This document shows positions 23,260 to 37,175 of a stretch of DNA of 64,000 nucleotides, one piece after another. The DNA comes from Vicugna vicugna. Its lineage: Eukaryota. The stretch's first letter is position 1. Every line of letters starts with the position of its first letter. The notes beneath the pieces are model-generated. The model had not been told where the DNA came from. It made no database searches and saw nothing but the letters and a program-made list of their open reading frames with translations. Made by a program: the position numbers and the translations under genes. Location of the stretch: assembly GCA_013265495.1 (NCBI GenBank), contig MU058418.1, positions 1,948,917-2,012,916 on the forward strand, written 5' to 3'.

Positions 23260-25559
23260 CCAATAAACATGTAGGTTTATTTTAAATCAGTTTGGTACAT
23301 GATACAGATTGGTTTTGCAGTTTTTAATGAACTGAAATAGAAATTTCTAAATACAGCAGTGTCTGCCTGTGCAACAAATGTCTGTAAGGTAAAACAAGGG
23401 ATTTTAATAGAACTACATCTGCATGAACAAATCAGATGAAAAATCTGAAAAGGTTTCTATATACCTTCAGGATTAAAAAAAAAAATTATTAATGGCTCAA
23501 GATACTAAACTGCTAAAGGAAGAAGGGAAAAGGCCGTGAGTTGTTTTAAGAGCTTTTCCTGCAAAATTGAATTCCATATTATGATTCTGTTGGAGCAGTA
23601 TTCCAAATTACAGAAGATGAGAGGCCTCATCAGCTACCCTTTCACAAAAACAGCTACAGTGTTAACATGTGGCAAGGTATTTGTATCTAGGTAAATGACA
23701 ATTATACCACTGTAGCTAATTTTTGCCACTTTGAGAGGAATGGAAATTCTGTGCATTTTCAACTAAATCTTCTATCTTATAGCACTCACTAAAAACAGCC
23801 ATGGCACCATAATAAAATTCTGTGAGGTACCTAGAATATCACTACTGAGGGAAACACAAGAATATGAGGTAAGCCTACCTTTTCCCAAAAACCTTTGAAG
23901 CCAGAGATTTTAAACAATTAAGGCACTTGAAAACATTAGGTGTATGTACAAATGTGCACGTAAAACAAATTTTAGCTGTACCAGCAAGTAACAAAGAAAC
24001 AGTAAATCTCCATTTTAAGGACCTTTAATTATCCAAATGTAAGGAATTTTGGCTTATGAAATGGACCAAAGCAACTTGTCATTTCCTACTATAAAGTACC
24101 GAAAACCAAGTGCTAAACTCAGCCACTATAGGCTAAAGAAACTAAAACAAAAAACCTTAATGACCTAGAAAAGCAAAAGCTCACTTCAAACTAATTTAAG
24201 CCCCTGAACTAACCCAACGTGTCAAAGGCAGGGAAAAAATATCCCTCTAACGCTGAAAAAAACTACCACTTCATAGAAAAACTAAAGACATAAAAGTACA
24301 CATGTTTATCATACTACAGGAATTGAAACTAAGGAGGATGGGAGAGGAGGAAAAAGAAAAAGCACAATCTGTTTACCCAGGGCAATCATCATTAAAAATC
24401 TACAGTAATCGGATCAAGTCCAAATCCTTAGATTTTCTGAAATTACACTGCTCATACTTGCTGTCTCAAAACTTAAAATGATTGTCTTATTTAAATTGTT
24501 AGTAAATGATTCTAAAACAACTTATTTCCTTCTTGGCTCACAGAATTTGCTTTTCAAGAAAGTCTGGTGGAAATCCTTTCAAGGTACAACAGTGATACTT
24601 TTTTGAAGTACAAAGGAAAATATAATTAAATCAACTTTATACCTTTTAACAGCCACAAGAAAAATGTTGGGAGGCTTATTAATATACGAAGGATTCTGAC
24701 TTCGTATAACATCCTTTAAGTTAGGCTTGAAATAAAGAAGGTAACAGTGTGGTATCTAAAAACAGGTTTACTACTGCTCAGATCAACAGTTACATCCTCA
24801 GACCAAACTTTCCCTTCATTAATGAGAAAGAACAAATCACCAACATGCTAGGTTATCCTCTACCTTTCAGTCTGGCTTTTAAGGCACTGTTCTTTATTTT
24901 CTCAATGATATAAGGTGCTTCACAAGTATGAACAACCTACTATACTTCAACGTTTTGTATTCTTTCCATTCATTTCTTTAAATCTGGAATGTAATTCCCT
25001 GTGTGGCATCTTATTTCTAATGTAGAAAAGATAACTGTTATCAAGCACAAAATTTTACTCTAAGGATACTAAATTTATAAATTTATTCCACTTTTGTAAT
25101 GATAACCAAAAAATCCACCTGATTGATGCTCATTTGGCACATTCTTCTCAATTCTGACTACATCCTGAGTTAGGATGAAAATAATGCAGCTTTCAAGCTT
25201 TAAAATGACTACATTTAATACATTTAAAAAAAGAGTCATGAGGTTGTCTGTGCAGGACAATGTTTTCCAACATGTACAGAGTTACATTTGGCATGTCAAG
25301 AAGAGAGAATATAATCCCACAGCAGCAGCCATTTAAAATAAAAGAAGACAGCCACAAGGATTCATGCAGAATATTTTAAATATTCCCATTGAGCAAAATG
25401 ATTTAACTGATTTTTTTTTCTTCAAGGGTGATGCTCCTATATGCATCCTTTGAAATTTTAAAGATCCTGGAATAGCGTCTTCCACGTGGGACATCTTGAA
25501 AGATAATATTTTGGTTTCAGTGAGTTACATGCCAGTCCTTGTTAATTTAGTGGGTCTGT
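23260..25559 (-). other. CD164: CD164 3'UTR (about 2.3 kb, AU-rich, no recognisable transposons)
   Basis: Runs from the stop codon to the distal AATAAA (+ strand tttatt 23276-23281); proximal signals at 24893-24898 and 25082-25087. Confidence 0.8.
24970..25016 (-). CDS. CD164: CD164 alternative terminal coding segment (E)IRCHTGNYIPDLKK* inside the 3'UTR (MGC-24-type isoform)
   Basis: Acceptor ttttctacattag| at 25017; in frame with an internal exon-6 donor TTGG|gtgtgc at 25630; TGA at 24970-24972. Confidence 0.6.
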
Positions 25560-25748
<189 letters not shown>

Positions 25749-27217
25749 TCACAATACTTAATGAGTCTCACAATCCTCTACCATAATTTTAAGACCCAGC
25801 TGAGCTTCTATTTTGCCGTGTGTTAAATTCCATGAAGTATTTTCTCTTGCATTAAGTCTTTAGAGTTAGAATTTATCCCTAATTGAGGAAAACAACCATT
25901 TATCAATCCCATTCTACATTCTACCCTGCAATATCTAGTGGTCAATACTGCTATGTAATTTCAAACATGAAAATGATAGAAAATGTTTCTTATGTTATGT
26001 AAATTATGCTGAGAACATGTCAAGCACTTTTAAAATTTGCAATTTCTTCAGACTATATATTTTAGTTAATTGCTAGAGTAAATATTATTATTTATGTTAA
26101 AAATTCATACAATTTTTGAATTTTGCTAAGGTAAATAAAATATGATTACAATTTTTCAAATTACAAAAATAATTTTAATAATCTGCGATTATAAATAACC
26201 ATATAAATCTGCAATCTGTAATTCTAACAAGCAAAGAACTCATTATTAAAGGTATCTTAATTCTCATTGCAAATTTTATGAGAAAGTATTACCAAGTTAA
26301 CAAGGAAAAAAAACACAAAATTTTAAATTCCTTTTCAAGGAATAAAATGTTTTAAGCGGAGCACCATCCACTTTAACAAAAAGCAATTTTGTATTTAAAA
26401 TAATTTTACTTTTTTCTTAAACAGAATAGCAAATAAACACTGTTCTGGTGGCTGTATAAGCCGACCAGCTTTAAAATTAATTCCAACTGCTCTGTATTTC
26501 TTCTTGTGAAGACAGAATGACTTCACTGAAACTTAAAAAAAGGTAGCACCAGAATGAAGCCAAAAGAATTTTAAAAATATAAAAGATTCACCAGAATCAA
26601 AATAATAGTACTATAAATAAGGCTGGAGGGAAGGCTTCCTAACCTGTGTACCTACAGTGTCCTGTGGCATAACCTAAATATGATTTGCTTTATAACATTT
26701 CAAATCATTAATTAATAAAAAGTTAATTTTCACATGCACTATATCAAGGGTTGTACTGTAATAAGAAATGGTAAGAAATATGATTGAAGTGCACATTTGG
26801 TCATGATCTTGGCTATTTAGACCTTTCACAGTAAAAAAGGATGAATTTATCATCTTCATTCAAAGTGCTATGCTCTAATAAAATGAATCCCTAAAAGTAA
26901 TCAGTATTTAATTTTTAAGGTATAAGAAATTCAACTTCACCTATAAGTTGTACTAAAAGGTTTTTTGGAAAATCATTATCATTCAATCCTAACATATCAT
27001 GCCAAGTGTAATTACACATTAAAAAACTAGAAGAGGACTCTCAGCAAAACCTCTCATTACTGCTTTAACAGTCCACTATCTTGGTACTCTAAATATAAGA
27101 GACGAATTTCAGTTCATAACTATTCAAGAATAAAACTGGAAAGTGATGGCAGAAATAGTAAAAGGCAACACTGCAGACACATCCTATCTCACTGTTAGTT
27201 TAAAAAATCTCAATTAC

Positions 27218-27274
27218 CTGTAGTAGTAGCTGCGGTGGAAGTTGTAGAAGGGGAAGGCAGAGTTGTGGTTTTAG
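27218..27274 (-). CDS. CD164: CD164 exon 5, AKTTTLPSPSTTSTAATTT
   Basis: ttccag| acceptor, |gtaatt donor; 57 nt, phase 1-1. Confidence 0.9.
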
Positions 27275-27730
27275 CTGGAATGTGAACAAAATGTATTAAA
27301 AACTTGAATTTCTAAATTTCTCAATCATCTAGCATCTATCTTGTAAAAAGACTGCTACCAACTTCAACATGCTTTCAATTTTTTAGAGAATAAAGGCCAA
27401 ATCTCAGGTAATGGTTCACTAATACATCTACACATCCAGAATACTAGCTTTTAAATGTATTTTAAAACATTAAACCATCATAAAATTGTATCCATGTTAG
27501 CATATATGTACACATGAAAATATAAACATTTATGTACACACCTGGATAAAGTTTGCACAAAGACATGCAGGAGGGCAAGAATTGGTATTTAGATGAGGGA
27601 ATTACACAGGTTCTTTATAACTAATCTCTATTCTAAGACAAAAACCATTAACTTAAAAAGTTATGATTATAAAAATACAATTTCAGTGTTTCTTATATAG
27701 GTATCAAGATTAGCTTTATCTACTTCATTT

Positions 27731-27890
27731 CAGGGGGTTGGCAAACTTTTCTAACAGGGCAGACAGTACTGTCTAATGTGCACTGTCTAATGCAAAAGCA
27801 GCCAAAGACAAGTAAATGAATGGGCATGGCTGGAGTCCAAAAAAATTTTACTTATAAGAACAGGTGCCCTGGGGGCCATAGTTCCCCTAA
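27731..27890. mobile_element. MER58-like hAT DNA transposon remnant
   Basis: cagggggttggcaaacttt start; gcagccaaagacaa...tgaatgggcatggctg internal motif. Confidence 0.65.
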
Positions 27891-30800
27891 TTTAGATTTT
27901 AAGAGCCCAAGGGTAATAAACGCTAGCTTACTATACTGCATGAGTTCAAATAATTATCTGATGATGTCTCTAACAAAATGTACACTCATGGGAAGAATTA
28001 TTTTGAATGTAAAAACATTTTAGGAACTAAAGCACTATATAAAAGAGACTTTTGTTAGAATCAATACTACTAACAGATACTAATAAATGCTATAGTACGT
28101 TCACACATATTTGTACTCCTTTCTCACTGTGAGCATTGTGGCCCCACCTACCAGTGGACAGTTAGGTCATCTCTCATTTCTCCATGCTACAAGCATCTTA
28201 CTGGGAAATATTTGATCTCATTTTCTGATAGGAGTGATTCTTACACAGAATTCCTAGATTTTTATTTTAAGACTCATAATCCCTTCAAAGTTTTGTGCTT
28301 ATATATTCTGTGAAACCACAAAAAAATGCTATTTATAAATTAAACATGTATCAAATTCTTTTCAATCTTAAAGTAATACTACTAATCCTGTCTGACAACG
28401 TTAGAGGGGAAAAATTTGCAAATTTGTTATTTGGTTCTCATTACCCACCCTCTTAACATGGTTAAAACAAGCAAAACATTTACACACTTTTACTTCTGAC
28501 CAAAGTATTACATAAATAAAATTTTCAGTATTAGGCACAACTTAGGGAATACCTCTACTGACCAACTCCATGTTCATTAAAAAAAAAAATTCATAGGTTA
28601 TAAAAGCTGCCACCAAAAACTTAGAAAACACAGTGAAGACAGTTAAGTGAGCCTATCATTCAAAGAAACATGCTACTTCCTGCCAGTCATTTTTCCAGAC
28701 ATGTATATAATTAAAAAATAAAATTGTACTAGAACTACTTCATACAGTTTGTGTTCCACTTAACATGAACATTTTCCACTATATTTCTGACATAATTTTA
28801 GTCATCCTACTATAAGATTTATAATACTTATATATTATTTGTACTGGTGGAAGACTATATAAATAACCCAACTTAACACCTATTTATATAAATCAGATTT
28901 TCCTTGCATTGTTTCTTAAATAGTTCCTTAATCTCTCTCTTCAGCAGCTGCCATGGAAAGAGATCATAAAAACATACGCATTTCAACCACTAATTGCCAC
29001 GCAACTGATGCATTTTCTGTAAGCAAGCCCTGGCTTCCTTCCACTTTACAGAACCAAAGCGAGAGAAAACAAGAAACTCATGACAGTTCGCAGGAGAACC
29101 CGGTATGAAACAAGCAGAACTACATCAAGACTCGTAAGGAAGAAATTAAAAGCAACCCACAATGGTTTTGGGAAAACTATTTCCCCCTCTCTCCCCTTCT
29201 GTTCATATCCCACCTTCTGGAAATTCATTTTCTCTCAACGTCTCGGCTTTCATTAACCTTAAACATCTCAGTCAATGACTTCTAATGGGTATTAATGGTT
29301 TATGAACACACCACACAATGTGTCCTCCAAGGTAAGTTTTATAGCATTTGCAGATTTCCATGGAGTGACTATTTCCACTGCAGCCCTTAATTCAAGCTAC
29401 CAATACGGTATCACTGAGGTTGCGGTTGGATGAGCTGTGTACAACTGGGCAGCAGAAGCTGGTACAAGCTAGCCTAGGTCTTTCAAAATGAATTCTTGTC
29501 CTTGTTACAGCATCTGACCACTTTCTCCTCTGAAAAACTAAACACTTAAACGTTTTAAGTGAAAACACTTAAAATACACACAGTTTTTCTTACTCACACT
29601 TCTCTGCCCATCCCTACTCAAGTTTCCTATCCAGTCCTCTTCCCACCTCTTAGGCATTACTGTTCCCAAGAGTTTAGTCCTCAAGCCCAGTTCTCTCCAA
29701 AAAGCTAAAAAGCTGCTGCAATGGACTCTTACTGCCTACACTGATTATCAGTATTTTTTAGCTAAGAGCTCTCCGATCACCTCAATCAAGTCCTTTCTTT
29801 TCTACTTACTAAGCCTATCTGAATACATCTGCAACTCCTCACTACTGGTTCTCTAGAATTACTGCAACAGGGTATCTAATCTCCCTGTGTTCACTCTTGC
29901 CTCTTTCCAAGCACCTCTCCACACAATCAGTGTTAAGTTATTTTATTAAAATGCAAATCTCATCATATGACCTTCACACTTCAAACACATCAGCAAGGCA
30001 TACAATGGCAATTCCCAATCTGGCTCTTGACCTGTTGCCGTTCTAGCTTAGCTTGTCCTCACCTTGTACTGAACACCCCAAATGCAATTCCCTGACCTCA
30101 TTATTCTCTCTCACATCTCCTTCACATGTGCTGATCACCCTACTTTGCTTGAGAAACTCTTCTTCTATTTTATCAGGGTAATTTCAAGAATGAACCAATC
30201 AACATCTCCAGGAAGCTGCCATCACGTATTACTCAATACACACATCTTCCTACAAATCCCCCAACACATGGTGCTGCTTCCAGACCTTTCATAGTTCCTA
30301 CAACAGACAAACTGCTACCCTACCTCTGTCTCTATATCCCTATCTTCTAGCCTAGTACTTATCCTGTAGTAGATTTTTTAAAAAATTATTTACCCTTCCT
30401 ATCAAATTGGTAAAGATTTTTTAAAAGGAGATATGACTTAATGCTGCTGAAGGTGTGGTGAAAAACTCCAATTATTGATAGGAATGAAAAGTATTATCTT
30501 TCTGGAAAGCAATCTGTATTGAAAATCTTAAAGACAGTCATTCTCTAACCTAGAATGCTGTTTGAATCAATCCTACTAGAAATGACAGCAAATATTTCCC
30601 TGTAAGATGTTCACTGCATGGAAAATGAAAGATGACCTAACTATACAACTAAGAGTAGAAGGCTAAAGGGTGTACAACAATGCGTGCAGTAAGAGGGAAG
30701 ACAATTCAAAAAGTCATGGACATATCATCCAACTTCCTAGTAAGAGTATTTATTCAGATACACAAAGAGGAAACACTAGAAGAACTTAAAACACTTTGGT

Positions 30801-31134
30801 ATATTTCTAGATGATGAGAATTATAGGAATTTTAATATCCTTTAGGCTTCTGTATGTCCCAAGATTTCCACAAATCCACAAATAGTTTGCAGACTCAATA
30901 CACAAAGCTACACCAAATCTGCTCAATTCTGTGAATGTGAAACACTACAGTTGTGTGTCACTGTCATAAACAGTACATATTAATGCAAGTATTATGGTCA
31001 AAGGCTAAATATGTCTACTAATTTTTAAAATTATACTAATCACTTTTAGATATTTTATTACTAAAGTTATTCATCTAGAAAGCTTAAAAACCCTGAAAGG
31101 AAGAGGACAAAAAGAGTCAATTATCTTGTATTAC

Positions 31135-31170
31135 CTGTAGAACTGGTTGGCAACGGTGTGGTAGTGGGCA
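31135..31170 (-). CDS. CD164: CD164 exon 4, VPTTTPLPTSST
   Basis: tag| acceptor, |gtaata donor; 36 nt, phase 1-1; mucin-like composition. Confidence 0.88.
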
Positions 31171-31280
31171 CTATTTAAAAAAACAAACATGTAAGTCAAA
31201 GCTGTCTAACATACCATAATCTATAATGCTATTTCCCAACCTGCATTCGAGAACAACTTTTACAATTTTTCCATTTAACC

Positions 31281-31729
31281 TGTGGAGAAGACTGACAATT
31301 GCTCTGTCCCAATACTGGTCTCCCTTTTTTAGAAATAGAAGCAACGATTTTTAGTGATACACTCTCTCCTCCAAGACGTTTCTTAGCCTCCTTTGCAGCT
31401 AGATAGTCACATGTAACTTCTAGGAAGCATCTGCAAAGTAGATAGGGGCCTCTCTTTTTCCCTTCTTCCTGCTGGTAGGAAAACCAATTTAATGGCTGGA
31501 ACATGAACACTCACCTTGGAGAATAAGGTCAAAGTCATTTTTGACGAAGGACAGACCAAAAACCTAGAAGGTATCCAGATCTCTAATGGTTGTAGAAATG
31601 CCACTCTACCCTCTAGCTGCACTCAAGCCCAGACTTCCTTCACACAAGAGCCAAATTAATCTATCGATTAAACCATTGTAATTTGGGGTTTTATGTCCTT
31701 AACAGCCAAAACTAATTCTAACTGATACA
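31281..31729 (+). mobile_element. MaLR LTR (old MLT1-like) in CD164 intron 3
   Basis: Termini tgtgg...ctgataca; internal gcctcctttgcagctag motif. Confidence 0.7.
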
Positions 31730-32597
31730 TTATCAAATGAGTAGAATTACTTACTCAATTTTTCTTTAAATTAATATATTTTTAAATGTTTTACTTCCTC
31801 TTGTATTATAGTACTGCTTAGAAAAGCAATATTATCAAAAAATCACAGGTACCGACATTAAAATAAATGTTAAAACTGTTCATTTACCACCTAAACCATA
31901 TCATGCACTCTACATAGGGTATAACTGATCTCAAACTAATCAAAGTCTCAGTTACAAAGTTCAAGTTGGGCTTGGGGGGATAGATGGGGAATGGAGAAAC
32001 TCCTACTAAAATTAAGTAGTTACAGGTAATCTTTCAAGATTACTGACACACTCCAACAAAACTTTATTTAATCATTATCTACATACCAATTAAGAGTTTT
32101 TCTTTCCCATTAATTTATGATCTTGTTAGAAAAATCAGCTTTCATCCAGGAATTTTAATTATTTCCTGGGCAAAGAGTTAAGGTTAAATAGTCAAGTTCC
32201 TCAAATTAAAGTAGAGAAAATGGGTGAACACAGAGAGGACTCATTTAACCACAGCACAGACTGTGCTGCACACTGTGATATCAGCAGCACCGTAACCAGG
32301 AAAGTGCCAAAACAAGGCCGTCCAAGCCTGCAAAATGTGAACAAAGAGAAGGAAGTCTAAAATGCAGTGAGCTTCTGGAAAAGTTAAAAAAAAAAAAAAA
32401 AAGTAGAGGAGGCATCTGCACTTCAAGAACTCCACAGTATATACAGCCAAATGATTAAACCATGCTTCAAAGCACTGTCCTTTCAGCAATCAATATGAAT
32501 ATGCTATAAGCCAAATTCTGAAATAAAACTTCCTGAGGCAATGATCTTCCTTACCTCTCTGCGGCCACTTTTCCCAGAAACCAATGTGAATACTTAC

Positions 32598-32669
32598 CAG
32601 AACAGAATTCTGTGCCATTCACCACCCGGCAATCACTAACTGTTGAATTATCTGAACAATAGCTTTTAC
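32598..32669 (-). CDS. CD164: CD164 exon 3, GKSYCSDNSTVSDCRVVNGTEFCS
   Basis: cag| acceptor, |gtaagt donor; 72 nt, phase 1-1; N-glycosylation sequons NST and NGT. Confidence 0.93.
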
Positions 32670-34024
32670 CTGTTATGGGGGGAAGAAAACAAAACAAAAA
32701 ACAAACAAGTGAACAAAATAACCCCAGTACCAATTATTCACTAATGTCTTTGACTTACTATGCTTCAGAATTGCTTCCAAAAATCAAACTCAGGTATAAA
32801 CTCTTTAGAAGAACACAGATCAACAAAACACTTCATTATTTTCTTTTCCCCATTATTTTACACTTATCACTCAGGATGTCTCCAAATACCCTTTTTAAAT
32901 CCACATGAATATACTAAACAGATGAATCAGAAACAAAGAGATCTCAGAGTTGTGGTACTGCACAAGGAAGGCTGCTAGAATCCACAGGAGGGCTGAGTCA
33001 GTAGGGAAAAGTGCTCAGAATCTAATACGGGCTTAGTAAACAGGGGAGGTGCCCCACAGCAGCAGTGGGACCTCTGTTCCAGATATCTGTAGTCTTACAC
33101 ACTTTCTAAAACCGCTTTCCTGGATGGGAAGACTTGTAGCTAAAGTTTAAGGGAAAGCTTTCTCCAATATATCCTACAGTGAGGCATTCAATCTCCAAAA
33201 CTTGCCAACTCTGCCATACGTGGAGGGGTGCACTTTTAAACTCCATTTTATGACCTAAAAATAAGTGATCCTCACACAACAAAAAAATTAATTTAACCCC
33301 AAATTAAGCTAATACTGTACTTCTATAAGAGGCTTTTAAACTGTTACACAGCGACATAATTTCAGTACTCTTAATTTTTTCAGTGACTAATAAAAACGCT
33401 TAACGTGTAGCTTTGGCTTTTTCTTTGTATAAAAAAAAACCTGAGAGACTGTTTTACCGGTAAGAAAAAAATGCAACCACTTTACCTTAAGAAATCAGAA
33501 TACTTCATGCTGTAATCCTGTGGTTCCAATAAAAACCTTAATGGCATTTCAAAGTATCTCCATCTAGCTCTTTATCCCTCAATCAAATTAAAGGTATCTT
33601 TAAAACTTAACAGAAGCACAAGAGTCAACTCTTTTTCTATCTCATTCTTTTCCCCTAGCTAAGTATTAAACAAAGTTTCATACGGTCTCTTTATAGTTCA
33701 TCTCGAAGAACATCTACAGATGAGAAATGCCTGAAACATTTTTCTGAGGAACAGTTTTCAGGGGTAAATTTCACAACTTACTTTCATAGCAAATTTCAGT
33801 GTATGAGTACACTAATCTAACTACAAAGGTCTGAATTCTCTCTTCCTTTTTTAAACTAGTGACCCTTAATTATCAAGCCTAAGAAATTAAAGGGGAAAGA
33901 ATGGGAGACAAGAAAATATTTCAGGGGGAGTATTAAGCAACTGGTACTTTAAAGAAAAGGTGCGTGATTTGCAAAATAAATAGTACACACCATTCTAAAT
34001 GCTCTACATAATTTTCAAATGCTA

Positions 34025-34189
<165 letters not shown>

Positions 34190-34314
34190 TTAAAATACAT
34201 AAAATCAATTAGTTGGTATCTCATTTTGAGTTTGTACGACTTATCTTTTTTAAACAACAATAAGCATTACATACAATATCAGACTTGCTAATTCAGAGAA
34301 ATGGCAAAACTTTA

Positions 34315-34720
34315 TAACCCATCCACAGATGAATGGATAAAAACGTGTTACACACACAATGGAATACTATTCAGCCATTAAAAAAGGAAATCCTGTCATA
34401 CGCTACAACTTGGATGAAACCTGAGGACATACTAAGTGAAATTAGCTAGTCACAAAAGAGCAAATACTGCATGATTCCACTTATAACGTATCTAAAATTA
34501 TCAAACTCTGAAGCAAATAAAATGATAGTTGCCAGGGGCTGGGGGGAGGAGAAATGCAGGTTTGCTGTTCAATTAATATAAAGTTTCAAGCAAGATGAAA
34601 AATTCTGGAGATTTTCTACTCAACACTATGCTTATAGTTAATATTGTACAATACGCTTAAAATTTTAAGAGGGTAGATCTCACATTATGTTTTTTTAACC
34701 CACACACAGAAGAAAAAAAA
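34315..34720 (+). mobile_element. L1MA/MB-type 3' end in CD164 intron 1
   Basis: gatgaatggataaa...aatggaatactattcagccattaaaa...gagggtagatctc. Confidence 0.8.
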
Positions 34721-36982
34721 TTATAATGTAGCTTACTAAGAAATTCCAATCATTATAAATGATTTAAGAAGCCAGAAGTCAACTCATGAGAAAGGGAAAA
34801 AAGTACAAGCTAGCAGGAATGCTCAGTACTTCGTAGTACATATTTAAACAACGCCTTTTTACACATTTTTTACACAGCAACTATTTCACAGACACTCAGT
34901 GTTTCTTGAGGCATTTAAAGTATCATTAAAAAAGAAAAATAGTGGAAAAGACACTATGTTACAAGACCAACACTACACATAGGGAAATCACTGCCCCAAA
35001 ACATCAGATGATACACTGGAATATGTAATAGTAATAAGAGACTTACTACAGGTTGAACTCAAGCTCTGATGGTGCCCATTTTTAAAAGCAGAGACTGGTA
35101 AATGATCCACTCTTTCTGGGATTCTCCACACAAGAGTGTGAGAGACAACCCATCTGGAGGGGGGCTACTTTCACGTACACATAATTTAATAAGATAGCAA
35201 GGTCTCTGTCAATAATTTAAGCCAAATGACCCTAAGATAAGACATCAATTTAATGTCTGGACAAACAAATGGACTATAGGATTGGGCTCTATCCATTTTC
35301 CTAAAACCTAGATGCCCCCCAAAACAGTCTCATTTGTTTTCCCCGTGCCTAAAAATAGTTCTGCACAGAGGCATTGCATTTCAATATTTATCAGAGACTG
35401 GGACGTTCTCTGGGGAAGGGGGTTGTGAGGGGTCATAAGGTAGAAGTATGTTCTTTAGAGGTTCGCATATAGATGAAACTGCTAGTTGTTTAAAATCTTT
35501 CGTTTGATGATGAATGCTTGGGTAGTATACTGAAAGTTAATTAAAACGAACTAAACGTGCTGCCCTTTAGACTGCAGCTTATCCAACTACCACTTACAGA
35601 AAACACAAATCATCTCCTTCGCACTCATTTCAATTACACAAATACAATTAACATATTTCCAAGCCTCTCTTTAAACACACACACTCCTCACAACAACGAC
35701 TCTAGGAGGAAACTACCAAATGAGCACAAGACAAAAACATATCCTGCTCTATTATCTTAGAAATTGCGCGGTTAGAATTTCCAGTATTGTACTGCAATTT
35801 TCCTCATTTAAAATGTTTGAACTTCACCGTTACATATTCCTAAAGCTTAACAAATAACATTAAGTTTATTATATATTTCATTAAACTCTTACAAAATACA
35901 AAAACCAGGGAAGACACTGTAGAACAACACGAACAGCCTGTAAAATAAGCCAAGGTAAGAATCCTTACACTTCAGCAATTCTTCGGTCAAAATGCCAGTT
36001 ACTCCTTACCCAATATTAACTTGGATAACCAATCACACTAGACTGCAGGCTTTAAATATCTAAAGAGGTTCTTCACTTTGCTACTTCAAATTTCTCTCCC
36101 TGTGTGGTCACAGCACTGACATTTCCTGTCCTAAGATTCAGTGTATGCCTCAACCAGCTCCCAAATCGACTGCAGAGCTTAACAGAAAGTGTTTCTGATC
36201 AGGTTTTAGAAAACTGACACATCTGGGTTTCAATCTCAGCTTCACAATCCACTAAACACATGGTTCCGCCGAGTTACTTTATCCCCATCCACTTCCCAGG
36301 TTTCACCACCTATCGTCTAGTTCAGCCTAACATAGGAAGAGACATACGCGAAGCACCGGGGACACGAGTGTACTTTTCCTTCTTTGCGCATAGCATGAAG
36401 TGTAAGATTTTTATTAATTAAATGCTCAAACTCAGATATGTCCCATACCTATCCGCAAAAACTATGTAATTAAATCTTGGGCGACTTATTTTTTGAGGCA
36501 CCAGCGAGCATTAACGTCTCCAGCGTCTCTTCCCCTCTTTAGCCAACTTCGGGAGAAGCTTCCCTTCGGAAAATACACCTGGATGGACAAACGACTAACC
36601 CCAGGGAGTGGGAGTTCGGTCTCATCGCCAACTTTGGAGGCGGTCGCCTCGCCCCACAATCAACCTTACCGCCGCCACCGCGGAAGGAAGCCACGTCCCC
36701 TCTTCCGAGCCTGAAGTGAGGCTGGGGATTACGAGGCACTTTTAAATTGCCACTTCGGCGCGGAACACTGCGGGGTCGGAAACGAAGCCCAATGGCCCCA
36801 AGGCTCGGCGGCTCCTTTCCCCTAGGGCGCTCCCTGACTGCGGCCACCACGGCCCGCTCCGGCCTCGGACGGGCCGCCATGTTGCCCAAGCGCGGCCCGC
36901 CCCGGCCCCGCGCCCACCACGGGCAGAGGGGGCGGCAAGGCCGGACGGGCGGGCGCGGAAAGCCCGTTGGGCCAGCGCTCAC

Positions 36983-37175
36983 CAGGTGCTGGAGTGGTGA
37001 CCGTCGGATGCGTCGTCGTCGTCGTCGTCGTCACCGGGGCTGTCTTGGTGGTCGTCGGTGAAGTAGTGGGTGTAGTCACGTTCGGGGTCAAATCGGAGCT
37101 CTGAGCCGCGGTCAGCACGCAGAGCGCGGCCAGGCAACCGGCCGCCCAAAGCAGCGGGCGGGAGAGTCCCGACAT
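36983..37175 (-). CDS. CD164: CD164 (endolyn) exon 1: signal peptide and mucin domain I
   Basis: ATG at 37175; MSGLSRPLLWAAGCLAALCVLTAA followed by a Thr/Pro-rich tract; donor G|gtgag; 193 nt; inside a CpG island. Confidence 0.95.
37011..37031 (-). repeat. Coding (ACG)7 trinucleotide repeat encoding seven Thr
   Basis: Read directly; lies in CD164 exon 1. Confidence 0.95.
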
